From Octopus sinensis (Eukaryota), in contig NW_021826279.1 in NCBI RefSeq assembly GCF_006345805.1, positions 1 to 48,666 of the forward strand: a stretch of DNA of 48,666 nucleotides. The letters are read 5' to 3'. The position numbers and the translations under genes were made by a program. The notes beneath the pieces are model-generated. The model saw only the letters and a program-made list of their open reading frames with translations, did no database searches and was not told the origin of the DNA. Below, piece by piece: positions 1-12,627 of this stretch; within the stretch, counting starts at the first letter, position 1; each line of letters opens with the position of its first letter.

Positions 1-123
1 GGAACCGCTAAGTTATGCGAACGTGAACACACCAGATCGGTTATCAAGCGATTTTGGAGGCGGACAAACCACAGACACAAAAACATATACACACACACAC
101 AACACACAAAAATACCACACACA

Positions 124-166
<43 letters not shown>

Positions 167-248
167 GACAGGCTTCTTTTAGATTCCCTCTACCAAATCC
201 ATTCACAGGGCTTTGGTCGGACCGATGCTATAGTAGAAGACACTTGCC
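1..248 (-). mobile_element. SINE family A, partial copy with internal (CA)n/(TA)n tract
   Basis: Reverse complement matches the full copies at 19747 and 41018 (gggcaagtgtcttctactatagc, atttggtagagggaatct-aaagaagcctgtcg). Confidence 0.85.
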
Positions 249-437
249 CGCGAGTTATCAGATGATGTACAGGTTAGTTACGGTTCAGTTCAGTCCATTA
301 TCACTGAAGATTTGGGTATGACACGCGTGTCTGCCAAGTTTGAGTCAAAACTGTTTTCATCTGACTAAAAGAACACGCAGGCTTCAGTTGCACAAGATTT
401 CCTTGATTGTGCCAAGAACGACGAAAACTTTTGAAAA
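249..437 (+). pseudogene. Tc1/mariner transposase relic, middle fragment
   Basis: Frame from 249 reads RELSDDVQVSYGSVQSIITEDLGMTRVSAKFESKLFSSD*KNTQASVAQDFLDCAKNDENF*K, the mariner HTH-to-linker region (ILTEDLGMRRV.AKFVPKLL). Confidence 0.85.
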
Positions 438-713
438 CTTTGCGTAAGCCTCGGAGCAGGTATCGCCAAGCTTTTAGTAAAATTTCATTCGTATTCTCTG
501 CTCAGCTTTTTATGTCATGGTTAATGCAACGATCACACGCTACACACCTTCCTTCCATGTACTGCTGTAAACAGCAGATGTGAGCTACAACGTTAAAACT
601 TAGTACGTGACACAATAGAGTTAACGGTCAATCTGTGCCAACTGGCTTTAATCGGCGTCCTTTAGCTTCGTTACTATGGTAACAGTGCGGATACGTATTG
701 ATCAAACCAGGTA
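423..713 (-). mobile_element. Mariner 5' end (TIR, leader, transposase N-terminus) in opposite orientation
   Basis: Minus strand from 518 reads MT*KAEQRIRMKFY*KLGDTCSEAYAKFSKVF (mariner EQR..IKF..KLG). Sequence 685-711 resembles a mariner TIR and is followed by TA at 712-713. Confidence 0.75.
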
Positions 714-1190
714 CACACACACGCACACACATATATGTGTGTGTGCGTCTCTGTGTAGATGTATGTATTATTATATAGTATATGAAAACCCATACATACA
801 TGATATATAAGAAAATGAGACATACAGGCTGTCTTCGTGTGTGGTATGTGCATGCGTGTGTGTGGTGTGTGTGTGTGTGTGTGTGTGTGTGTCGGTGTGT
901 GTGTGTGTGTGTGTGTGTCGGTGTGTGTGTGTGTGTGTGTGCATGTGTGGTGGGTGAGTGTGTGTGGTGTGTGTATGTGTGGTTGTGTGTGTATGTGTGT
1001 GTAGTGTGTGTGTCGGTGTGTGTGTGTGTGTGTGTATGTGTGTGTGTGTGTGTATGTGTGTGTGTTTTTTTGTTGTGTATGTGTGTGGTGTTGATGTGTG
1101 TGTGTGTAGTGTGTGTGTGTGTGGGTGTGTGTCGGGGTGTGTGTGTGTGCATGTGTGTGTGTGTGTGTGTGTCGGTGTGTGTGTGTATTA
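712..1190. repeat. (TG)n/(CA)n compound microsatellite
   Basis: Directly visible dinucleotide array with interruptions. Confidence 0.95.
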
Positions 1191-1952
1191 AAGCGAGAAA
1201 AATCTGTGCAGGTACACAATTACGATATATTGTAGTTTTCAGCAACACGTGTCAAATACTTAATCCCCGAAAGATGAAATATCACACAACGAAATAATAT
1301 CTCCAATAAATAAACGCTTCAGTGAGATATAATCTAATGATATAAATATCTCTACATTCACATAATACTTTCAGCTCGGCATGATAGTTAGTACGTCCTT
1401 AAACCCACCCCCACAGCGTGGACTAGCAGTCGTTTGACCTCCAGAGAAAAGGTTGCTTAGCTGCCACCGCCATTTTCTTTCACTAATGCTGTCTTCGGCT
1501 TGTTTGTTTAGTGAAGCGCATTTGTTTCTTATACAACACATTTCTAATTTATAACGGTTTCCTAAATGGATAACAACGCTAATAACAATAAACACCCATA
1601 GATAAACTATATTCCTTGTCATGTTCTTGATTTCGAACAAGTATCGTACACAAAGATAGTTTTACCTCATTTCACAACATAAATTATGAGAGCAGATTTA
1701 TTATATTGTTCTGTTATAAGGTTGATATAGCAGACATTACGGTTACACTAGATGTTCATATATAATAAAGATTTTTTTTTAAATATTACCCAGTGCTATA
1801 AATTGTTCGTTTCGGAGTAGTATCTTCATCTTGGTGTCCGTCTACCACAAGACATTGGTCGATGCTACGCCATAGCAGAAGATATATTTGTTTCAGACTG
1901 ATGTTATGATTCTTCTCCGATGTAAATTGGTTTTTCTAAAACATTAGTAACG

Positions 1953-2250
1953 TAGGGGCAGTCGTGACTGTGTGGCAAGGAGTTTGCTTCTCAACCATAT
2001 GGTTCCAGGCTCGTTATTATCACTGCGTAGCACCTTGACCGAGTTCCTTCAACTAGAGCCTCGGGCCGACCAACGCCTTCTGAATCTATTTGGTAGACGA
2101 AAACGGAAAGATGCTCGTCATAAAAGTGTGTGTGCGTGCGTGCCTGTGTGTGTGTACGTGATTGCGTGCCTACGTGTATGTCTTTGTATCTGTGTTTGTC
2201 TCCCTACCACCACTTGACATCTGGTGTTAGTGTGTTTACAAACTCCTTTC
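1953..2250 (+). mobile_element. SINE family A, diverged copy lacking its 3' end
   Basis: Head gtgactgtgtggcaaggagtttgcttctcaaccatatggttcc, gggccgaccaacgcc, internal (TG)n, caccacttgacatctggtgttagtgtgtttac. Confidence 0.8.
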
Positions 2251-2478
2251 GATCCGGCCTACAAATGTTTCATAGTGGGTGGAATCTCAGAAGTGGCAAA
2301 AATCCAAGCAAGGTGTATACCACCGGCTACACTTCAGGCCAAGGACATTTTCATTAAGTATCTTGAAAAAATTAAGCAAGATATACTTCGCCTGATGAGT
2401 AGTCGGTGGTGTACACCTCGCTTGGATTTTTACCACTTCTGAGATTCCACCCACTATGAAACATTTGTAGCCCGGATC
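2251..2478. repeat. Fold-back: 93-bp inverted arms (2251-2343 / 2386-2478), 42-bp spacer
   Basis: Manual alignment gives 8 mismatches in 93 bp. Confidence 0.95.
2389..2472 (+). ncRNA. Type I hammerhead ribozyme-like motif with long helix II
   Basis: CTGATGA 2392-2398; helix II GTAGT(C)GGTGG/CCACC(C)ACTAT; GAAAC-ATTT-GTA. Helix I is short. The mirror copy on the minus strand has CTGAAGT. Confidence 0.65.
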
Positions 2479-2816
2479 TTACCTGCTCCATTCCGTAACT
2501 CTTGTATTCTTATTTGCACACCGGGCAACCCTGGTCGCCTACCGTAGCAAACAGAAAGAACACTTTTTTTTCAGCTTATCGTTCTTCGAAACGAAAAAAA
2601 TGCACAAATGTCCCGTCTCAGTAAAGCACTATTGTCCCTGAAAATTGTTTTTCTCTATATTTAATGTGGATTACTTAAAGCTATCTCACTTCCTACATCT
2701 CGATGGATAAATATATATATATAATTTTATATATACTGTATATATATATTATATATTCGTGTGTGTGTGTGTATGAATACATATATATATATCCAATATA
2801 ATATATATTATATATA

Positions 2817-2849
<33 letters not shown>

Positions 2850-3273
2850 CGTATGTGTGTGTGTGTGTATGTATATATATATCTACATATCTATATATAT
2901 AAAATTATATATATACATACATATATATATATATCAATAAATTGTGAATGTACTGTGTGCATGTGTGTGTGCTGACATCGGTTGACATCTGGTTTTATTT
3001 ACGGTTCTGTAATTAGCGATTCAATTAAAGGAGGTAGTATGACAAGTAGAAAAGAAGTACAAAAACAGAATAGTACTGTAATCGATTGTTCAATTAAAAC
3101 ATTAAAGGCAGTGCTTCGGCATGGCCGTAGTCTAATGATAGAAACCTAACACGTAACAGAATGAGAGAAAGAAAGCATTTGGTAAATTACGCTCTGAATT
3201 TCTCATATGTAAATCGTATTGTTACCATATTCTAATATATCCAGTCAAAGGTCTACCGCTTGGTTGTTTTGGT

Positions 3274-3312
3274 CACAATGTTTCGGCTGTGGTACGCGCA
3301 AGACTTCTTCAG
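3274..3312 (-). ncRNA. Degenerate hammerhead-like motif
   Basis: Minus strand CTGAAGA-AGTCT...AGCC-GAAAC-ATT-GTG. Helix I is absent and the triplet is GUG. Confidence 0.35.
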
Positions 3313-3594
3313 ATATATGCTGTATTCATTTCATGGACAATGGGCGTGAGAATATGAGCATAAATAACGTGTCAGGTGATAACTTTGTTGTTCTACTGGG
3401 TAAACGCGAGCTCAACCACTTGCTCAGTTAATATATGGTAGCAGTAAGAGCTTATTTATATTTTATCCTTTATCATTTTACTTGCTTCAATCATTAGATA
3501 GTGGCCTTTCTGCGACACCGCCATGAAGTGTTGTTTTAGTCAAATGAATCGGCCACAGTACTTATTTTTTTCAAGCCAGGTGCATATTCTAGCG

Positions 3595-3897
3595 ATATCT
3601 TGTACCGAATCGCTAATTTAAGGCTTTGCACGGCTCGGGGTTATAATGGAAAACGCATTCCCGAGATGCCATGCTGTTGGACTGAACCTGGAACCATGTG
3701 TCTGGGAAGTAAGCTCCTTTGCCATGCCTGCTATAAGTGTTTATATCTTGTACCGAACGGTTAAGTTAAGGCTTGGGTCGACCCGGGGTTATAGTGGAAA
3801 ATGCTTGCCCGAGGTGCCATGCAGTAGAACTGAACCTGGAACCATGTGGTTAGGAAGCAAGCTTCTCTACCACACAGCCATGACTGCTATAAGTGTT
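3595..3897 (-). mobile_element. Tandem dimer of SINE A 5' head, period about 148 bp
   Basis: Units begin atatcttgtaccgaa at 3595 and 3743; both contain ctgaacctggaaccatgtg and end ctgctataagtgtt. Confidence 0.85.
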
Positions 3898-3995
3898 CAA
3901 CATTTTATATCGTATCAGCGGCCCCTCAACTCGGAACTTAGTCCACACAGTATCGTGGTACGGTATAATAAATGTAAACCTAAAGCGATGTGCTG

Positions 3996-4192
3996 AAAGA
4001 ATCGTTAGCACGCCGGACGAAATGCTTAGCAGTATTTCGTCCGTCTTTACTTTCTGAGTTCAAATTCGGGCGAGATCGACTTTGCCTTTTATTCTTTCGG
4101 GATCGATAAAATAAGTACCAGTTGCGTACAAGCGTCGATGTAATCGACTTACCCACAAAATTCAGGCCTTGTTGCCTATAGCAGAAAGGATA
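3996..4192 (+). mobile_element. SINE family B
   Basis: gaatcgttagcacgccggacgaaatgcttagc...gagttcaaatt...gatcgataaaataagtaccag...caggccttgttgcctatagcagaaagg. Confidence 0.9.
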
Positions 4193-4265
4193 AAACATGT
4201 AAAACTACCTAGGAGACATAGTCCAATTTACCTAACTTCTCCGTAGATTGAAAGAAAAGACGAAG

Positions 4266-4309
4266 AGACTTAATCGATTTTCGATCCTTATTGGAGACTC
4301 ATCAGAGAT
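4266..4309 (-). ncRNA. Type I hammerhead-like motif, partly decayed
   Basis: Minus strand CT-CTGATGA-GTCTCCAATAAGGATC-GAAAATCGATTA-AG; helix III is the palindrome AATCGATT (4272-4279); triplet UUA. Confidence 0.5.
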
Positions 4310-4479
4310 GGCTACATCACTTGAGCAATAGCAGAGAAAAGAGCAGCCAACCCGTTTATGTACACATCAAATCTAATAGCATCAGAAAACACTCTATTTG
4401 ATATCATGCAAAATGAAAGGAGATATTTTATTACTGAAGCTAGACAACGAGGATAAAAAGAAGAGCAATGTGTGACTTG

Positions 4480-4670
4480 AACTAATGAAGTTGAGAGGAC
4501 GGAATGAAATATGGCGAAGTATTCTGTCGCTTTGCTGACAATTAACTGATGTAATAATATGGCGGCTCGAAAATATGACCAATTCTATAGAGTTATTGAA
4601 TGTACACTTCCGACCTCGAGGTGTGAGATGGTCAACAAACTGGATGGATATTGTGTAGGGATTAATATCA
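4480..4670 (+). pseudogene. Possible RTE-clade LINE C-terminal relic
   Basis: Short frame RPRGVRWSTNWMDIV resembles the RTE motif RPRGRP..RW.D; little else is preserved. Confidence 0.3.
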
Positions 4671-4748
4671 CATTTCTTCAAGAGGTGCTCATAAAGAGTT
4701 CTATGACACGGCATCCATGTATGAGCGTGTGTGGTGTGCGTGTGTGTA

Positions 4749-4811
<63 letters not shown>

Positions 4812-5137
4812 AGCGTTTATACTAATATACGCTGCATTACCAAATCTAAATAGATATTGTGTATATATATGTGAGTGTGTGTATGTGTGTGCGTGCGTAT
4901 GTCTGTGTGTCTATGTATATATATATGCGTGTATATACAATGCGTATATATGTAATATATATATCATATATATGCATATTATATATTACCTCATATATAC
5001 ATATACATATACATACATACATGCATACATATAAATATATATATAATTCCTCTCTTTCTCTCTCTCTCTGTATTTATGCGTATGCGTACATAGGGACAGC
5101 CTTTCAAACACACACACATGCACACGCACACACACAC

Positions 5138-5184
<47 letters not shown>

Positions 5185-6294
5185 TTACATATGTACATGC
5201 ACATATATAAATCAAAGGGTGTAATAATTCTTATTTACTAAAGTAGTGACGGCGTGTTCTTCAGCATCCATATCTAACAATAGAGGGAGTGGGAGAGTGA
5301 GAGAGAGAGAGAGAATAGAGAATGACAGCGAGTGACAAAGACACGGAGAGAAAGAGAAAGACAGAGAGAAAGAGAGAGAGAGAGAGAGAGAGGAGACAGC
5401 GATAGAGAGAAAGTCAGAGGAGAAACTGATTATATTGGAATCATATTTCACACTGGTCATGTAAGAATCGGTTATTGGAAAGGGTAACTAACGGGTGACA
5501 GGTAACGGTCGGCTGCTGGTAGTTGTCGGGTGTGAAAGGTGCGAGAGAACGAGAGAGAAGGGAAGAGACAAAGAGGGAGTGAGAAAGCGTGCAGGGACAA
5601 ATAATAAGAAAGACGAGAAAGACAACAAAAGAATGAAATCGTTTCCCTTTCCATATCATTTGGATAATAGCAGTCTGCACGTCGCTTATTATATAGCGAG
5701 CTTATATATGGCAGGTTACAAATTGTGCAATTAGTAACGCCATCTTGTATGCAATTTACACTGGCTTGTTGAATTTTGTATAACCTTTGTCTTTGGTGAG
5801 TAGATGCTAGAAATTAAGCAAGCATTCATCATGCGCAAACTATCAATAGGTGATAATGAAAACTATAGAGAAAAAGAAAAGATGCCGTTGCCTTATGTAT
5901 ATTAGGGTTTCATGTAAATCGAAACTGCTATTTAGTGGATCAAATGTCAGCGTCGCGGGAGGAGAAGAGGCCGCCATTTTTATTCAATGAAGGAGTAATT
6001 TTGTTTGAAGTTGGCCGAAATCTTAGTCTATGCGGTTATAGTAGGAACTTTGATATACAGAGAGTAAGATCCCATCTTTTATGTGGAAAAAAATGGGAGA
6101 AAAAACAGGATTTTTTTTTTAACTGACATGGAAATTGAATTTATTTATTTTATGTCACGGCAAACAGATAATATATTTTAGGGAAACGGAAAGGTATTAG
6201 GAATATTTAATTATGTGTGTACCAAATACATAGAGAGTTTTCAGTCATAGCACATAAACGCACACAAACACAAACACACGCATACACACACATA

Positions 6295-6362
<68 letters not shown>

Positions 6363-6919
6363 TGTGTGTGTGTGTGTGTGTATGTATTCATATATATGCA
6401 TGCACATATATGAAAGCGCAGTTGTGGCTGGCAGTGTAGGCGAAGGCGTGACTGTGTGGTAAGAAGCTTGACATTCAACCACATATAAATAACAATCAAC
6501 GTATGGGTGCGATGTGTAATACATGTCGATAGACGGACAACGACAACAATGAGAGTAACAACGGTTTCTCTATTAACCTCTAAGTTTTATAGTAAAAAAT
6601 TCATAAAATGAAATTTGCGAAAAAAACAAATAGCAATTATAACAGCAACAACAACAACACCTTCAACAACTTTCGAATTTAGACACCTACTTTGTCAACA
6701 GGAAGTGTTTGAATTCTGGGTCAGTGGCCATTGTCTGCAAATGTACATCCAAATAACAGAAACTTTGACATGAATCAATCTATGGGGAAAATCAAAAGGC
6801 ACAGTCCCATGCTTTTATCTATTGTAAAAATGCCGGCTCTCTACCTGAGAGAATTATCCCAAAAATAACAGCTGTTTCAAACGAGAAGTTGATGATGATG
6901 ATGATAGTGATGATGATGA

Positions 6920-6951
<32 letters not shown>

Positions 6952-7377
6952 AGCGACAATAAAGATGTCTCCTAGAAGAGGCAGCGCGGGGATATGTAGA
7001 GTGTCACATAACGTATGGACATAACAGCATCATTAAATTAAGGCTCACGAGAGAACCGACTATCGCGGCAACTGTAAGAAGTGATAATGGAAACGTTTTG
7101 ACAACGCGCAATCGGTTGAGCAAGCATGCCATTCCCGTGCCTGTCCTGGTGCTTTCATGCTGGAGTCTTCGCCACGAATTGGAAGGCGTTGAAGGGTGTT
7201 ACGCTGCAGCTTAAAAAATAATAGAGGAGCCGTAACTACATCAGAAAAGAGAACACGGCAACTGTTGAAGCAAATTTTTGTCTATATCGATCTCGATGCA
7301 ACCTCCTTGCTTTTCTCCTTATTTTCTTTTGTACATCTCTTTCCTAACTTGTTTTCAAATCCCTGCGGCCAGAAAGG

Positions 7378-7379
7378 AT

Positions 7380-7438
<59 letters not shown>

Positions 7439-7462
7439 TATCATTATCATCATCATCATCAT
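7378..7462. repeat. (CAT)n microsatellite
   Basis: Directly visible. Confidence 0.95.
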
Positions 7463-7626
7463 CCTAATATTTACTTATCGCTCTGTCTCCTCGGGAAGAA
7501 ATCTTTATTTATTTAATCATTGATTCAGTAGTGAAGGCGGTGGTGGTAGTGATGTTTGGAATGGCGGTGAGGTTGCATGCTTGTGTGGTGTGTATGTGCG
7601 AGTGTGTATACACAAACCTCTCAGTG

Positions 7627-7683
<57 letters not shown>

Positions 7684-7789
7684 TATATACATATATATAA
7701 TAACACGTATGGGTACACCCACACGCACACACATATTATACATATATGTATATGTGTATATATATGTGTATGTATATATATACATTAAC

Positions 7790-7863
<74 letters not shown>

Positions 7864-8156
7864 ATGTTGCTTTAATTCTCGCTACCTTCATATTTATATG
7901 TTCGATCATTGTTGGAGCTGATTCCAGTTTCTGTTTGCTGCACCCCTTCCTAAATTTAATGGTGGAACACAAGGATGGCGACGGAAAAATGGGACAATGA
8001 CATAGGATGATGAGGAGATTAGGCAACAGGCAGAAAAAAAATGAGGAATAAGGGAAAGGGAAAAAGAAAGAAAATACTTCGAAATAATCAAGGAGGAAAG
8101 GAAAAACGTGCGTAGAACCGGGAAAGGGCTTGCAGGAAACAAGAAACATAATTAAA

Positions 8157-8254
8157 CGATGATGATGATGGCAACGATGGCGATGATGATGAAGATGATG
8201 CGGATGTGACGATGATAATGGCGATGCCGATATTGATAATGAAATGATGATGAA

Positions 8255-8290
<36 letters not shown>

Positions 8291-8431
8291 TGCATGATGA
8301 AATTATGATGATGGTGATGATTATGATGATGATATTGATGGCGATGGCGATGTTCATGATGAAATGATGAAGATGATGATGATGTTGATGGCGATGGCGA
8401 TGATGATGATGGTGATGATGATGATGATGAC

Positions 8432-8480
<49 letters not shown>

Positions 8481-8755
8481 GCGATGCCGATGGCGATGTC
8501 GGTGGCGATGGAGATGATGACGATCATCATTACGATGATGGCAGTGGTGATGATAAAAACGTCGACGACGACAACGATGACGATGGCGACGATGATGATG
8601 ATTATAATATCTACGGGCTTGATAATCCCTGTAGTGATGGCAATATTGATGAATTGATGATGTTGACGAAACCTATGCAATTATTAATATCAGCCATAAC
8701 TCTACATCTAGTATCAGGAGAGGTGATCCCATCCGCAGCAGCAGTACCAGCAGGC

Positions 8756-8816
<61 letters not shown>

Positions 8817-8835
8817 CAGCAGAACAGAAGCAGCA

Positions 8836-8868
<33 letters not shown>

Positions 8869-8887
8869 GCAGCAGCGCAGCAGCAGC

Positions 8888-8953
<66 letters not shown>

Positions 8954-8960
8954 GTGTGGT
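8157..8960. repeat. Compound triplet arrays: degenerate (GAT)n, then (GTA)n-(GCA)n-(GTA)n
   Basis: Directly visible; source of the poly-M/I/V/Q/S ORFs. Confidence 0.95.
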
Positions 8961-9099
8961 AATAGTAATAGCGTTTACTTGATGAGAAAGTCTAAATTAA
9001 ATATATTGTATCATGGTAATCCGCGAAAAGCGACTAAAATTTGCTTCTAAACAAAAAAGAAATTGTAAGCTTAAGTCACATTCACGTTATTACTTGTTG

Positions 9100-9181
9100 T
9101 ATGTATTATGTATGTATGTATGTATGTATATGTATGTATGTATATGCATATATTACCGACAAACACTCAGAAACACAGACA

Positions 9182-9245
<64 letters not shown>

Positions 9246-9587
9246 CATACATACTTCATGAAATAATGCATATCTATATTATATATATATGTGCATGTGT
9301 ATATAGGAATATATGCATATTCATATATATATATGTCTATACGGATGTATATATGTATATTTGTATGTATATGTATACTTGTATACATGTATATTTGTAT
9401 GTATATATATATATATGTATACATGTTCGTATGCGTAGACATATATATATGTATGCATGTATGTAAATATATATATACATACATAGATTGGTATATACAC
9501 ATATATATGTATGTGTATGTATGTATGTATGAATGCATGTACGTATGTATGTATGTATGTATGTATGTACGTATGCATGTATGTATG

Positions 9588-9618
<31 letters not shown>

Positions 9619-9619
9619 G

Positions 9620-9650
<31 letters not shown>

Positions 9651-9655
9651 GTATG

Positions 9656-9686
<31 letters not shown>

Positions 9687-9695
9687 GTATGTATG

Positions 9696-9726
<31 letters not shown>

Positions 9727-10561
9727 GTATGTATGTATGTATGTATATATGCATGTATGTATGTATGCATGTACGTATGTATGTATGTATGTATGTATGT
9801 ATGCATGTATCTATGTATGTATGTATGTATGTATGTATGTATGTATGTATGTATGCATGTATGTATGTATGTATGTAGGTAGGTAGGTATTTTTGCATGC
9901 ATGAATGTATGTATGTATGTATGTATGTATGTATGTATGTATGTATGTATGTATGTATGTATGAATGTATGTATGTATGTATGTATGCATGTAGGTAGGT
10001 AGGTATTTTTGCATGCATGAATGTATGTATGTATGTATGTATGTATCCATGTATGCATGTATGTATGTATGTATGTAAGTATGTATGTATGCATGTATGT
10101 AAGTATGTATGTATGTATGTATGTATGTATGCATGTATGTAAGTATGTATGTATGTATGTATGTATGTTTGTATGTATGTATGTATGTATGTATGTATGT
10201 ATGTAGGTAGGTATTTTTGCATGCATGAATGTATGTATGTATGTATGTATGTATGTATGTATGTATGTATGTATGCATGTATGTAAGTATGTTTGTATGT
10301 ATGTATGTATGTATGTATGCATGTATGTAAGTATGTATGTATGCATGTATGTATGTATGTATGTATGTATGTATGCATGTATGTAAGTATGTATGTATGT
10401 ATGTATGTATGTATGTAGGTAGGTATTTTTGCATGCATGAATGTATGTATGTATGTATGTATGTATGTATGTGTGTATGCATGTATGTATGTAGGTATGT
10501 ATGTATGTACGTATGTATGTATGTATGTATGTATGCATGTATGTATGTATGTATGTATGTA
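9100..10561. repeat. Long (TATG)n/(TA)n array with recurring internal marker
   Basis: Marker gtaggtatttttgcatgcatgaatg recurs near 9889, 10005, 10213 and 10425. Confidence 0.95.
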
Positions 10562-10859
10562 TAAAGACGTCACCTCATTTCCTGCCAGCTAAGTTTATTT
10601 TAATTACGAAACAACAAAAAAAAACCTAAAACTAAAACAGCAAAAAGTAAAGCATAAAAGATAAGAACAATAAAGTTAAGTAAACAAATATAAAATGAAA
10701 ATCATGGAAGACGTTTTGTGATTGGCGGAAAAAATAAGGGGATTCGAACCTGTTGTTGTTATTTTTCTGTCGTTGATTTTGGTATTGTTGTTGTTGTTGT
10801 TAGGGCCATTGGTTACAGATCTTTATACATTTTTAAATTACTGTTCTTCTTACTGTTAT

Positions 10860-11330
10860 GTTTACGGCTGTTCCTTTTGTTTTATTATTGTTTTGTTGAC
10901 GTTTTTGTTGTTTTTGTTGACGTCTGTTGTTTTATCGTTTTTGTAGACAGCTTTTGTGTTTTATTACTTTTGTTGACACTTTTGTTGTTTTTGTTGACTT
11001 TTTGTTGTTTATGTTGACATCTTTCCTTTTATTGTTTTTGTAGACATTTTTTGTTTCATTATTTCTGTTCACATTTTAGCCGTTTTTGTTGTCATTTTTT
11101 GTTCTTATTGTTATTGTATTCCTTGACATTGTTTTATTATTATATTTGTTGACATTTTTCTTGTTTCTGTTGACATTGTTGTTTTATTATTGTTTTTGTT
11201 TCTGTTGACATTGTTGTTTTATTATTGTTTTTGTTTCTGTTGACATTGTTGTTTTATTATTGTTTTTGTTGATAATTTTGTTGCTTTTGTCGACATTTTT
11301 TGTTGCTTTATTGTTTTTGTTGACATGCTG
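10860..11330. repeat. T-rich minisatellite with GTTGAC core
   Basis: Three perfect 35-bp units gtttctgttgacattgttgttttattattgttttt at 11163, 11198 and 11233 within a degenerate array. Confidence 0.85.
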
Positions 11331-11605
11331 TTATTGCTGTGGTCGTTTTGTCGGTATTGGTGTCATTATTGTAGTCAGATCTCGTTGTCACTGTAGAACA
11401 TGTACCAGCTGGTGTTGTTATTGTTATTGAAGTCAGAATTTTTTTGTTATTGTAGTTTTAGTTGGTATTGATGTTAACCTAATTGCTAATTTTGTTGTTG
11501 TTGTTGGTTGTTGTTGTTATTATTATTATCATTATTATTATTATTATTATTATTATGATTGTTATTATTATTATTGTTGTTGCTGTTGTTGTTGTCGTCG
11601 TCGTT

Positions 11606-12610
11606 AAGGCAAAGGTGGTGAGCTGGCAGAAACGTTAGCACGCCGGGCGGAATGCTTAGCGGTATTTCGTCTAGCGCAACGTTCTGAGTTCAAATTCCGC
11701 CGAGGTCGACTTTGCCTTTCATCCTTTCGGGGTCGATAAAATAAAGTACCAGTTACGCACTGGGGGTCTATATAATCGACTTAATCCGTCTGTCTGTTCT
11801 TGTTTGTCCCCTGTATGTTTAGCCCCTTATGGACAGTAAAGAAATAGGTATTTCGTCCCTCTTTGCGTTCTGTTTCGAAATGCTATCGAGGTCGACTTTG
11901 CCTTTCATCCATGGGGGGGGTCAACAAATTATGTACCAATGAAACACTGGGGTCGATGAAATCGCATACTCCCTCCCCATTTAAAAAAAAATTCAGGCCT
12001 TGGTCCTATAGTAAAAAGGATTATTTTTATTGTTAAGATTATGAGGCGAGCTGGCCGAATGATTAGTACGCCGGGAAAAAACGCTTAGCAGTATTTCTTC
12101 TGTCTTTATGTTTTGAGTTCAAATCCCGCCGGCGTCGACTTCGCATTTCATCCTTTAGGGATCAATAAATTAAGTACTGGTGTTTCACTGGGCTCGATGT
12201 AATCGACTAGTCTCCTCCCGCCAAATTTCTGGCCTTGTGCCTTTAGTAGAAAGGGTTATTATTATCATTGCTAAGACAGGAAGCTGGCAGAATGGGTTAT
12301 CACGCCGAATAAAGAGGTAGCGAAATTTCGTCCTTCATTGTGTCCCGGATTCAGATTCTGCTGACGTGGACCTTGCCGTTCGTTATGTCGAGTTGATAAA
12401 ACAAGCACCAATCAAACCCCGAGGTCGATGTAATTGAATTTCCCACTTCCGTGCAAAAATTGTGCTGGCTTTGTCCCAGAATTTGAAACCAAAAGTATTA
12501 TTACTATCGTTAACACAGCGAGATGGCAGAATGGTTAGAACGCTTACCAAAATGGTTACAAGCGTTTCGCTCATCTTTACACTCTGAGTTGAAATTTGTC
12601 TTTCATCATT
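11606..12610 (+). mobile_element. Cluster of about five same-strand SINE B copies
   Basis: Repeated gagctggcagaa..ttagcacgcc heads and gtcgactttgcctttcatcc cores, separated by short (TTA)n-like tails. Confidence 0.9.
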
Positions 12611-12627
12611 ATATATATATATATATA

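Noticed and set aside
301-312. CTGAAGA at 304, and likewise at 15181, 17623, 21100 and 44498
   Set aside because: These lie within transposase or LINE relics, or lack a downstream GAAA with helices.
8654-8962. Poly-V/poly-Q/poly-S ORF
   Set aside because: It arises from adjacent (GTA)n and (GCA)n arrays; no splice or domain support.
9167-10573. Long ORFs (468, 405 and 223 aa) and similar YI/HT/VC/MY-rich ORFs across the window
   Set aside because: They are stop-free translations of (TATG)n, (TA)n and (CA)n repeats with no domain content.
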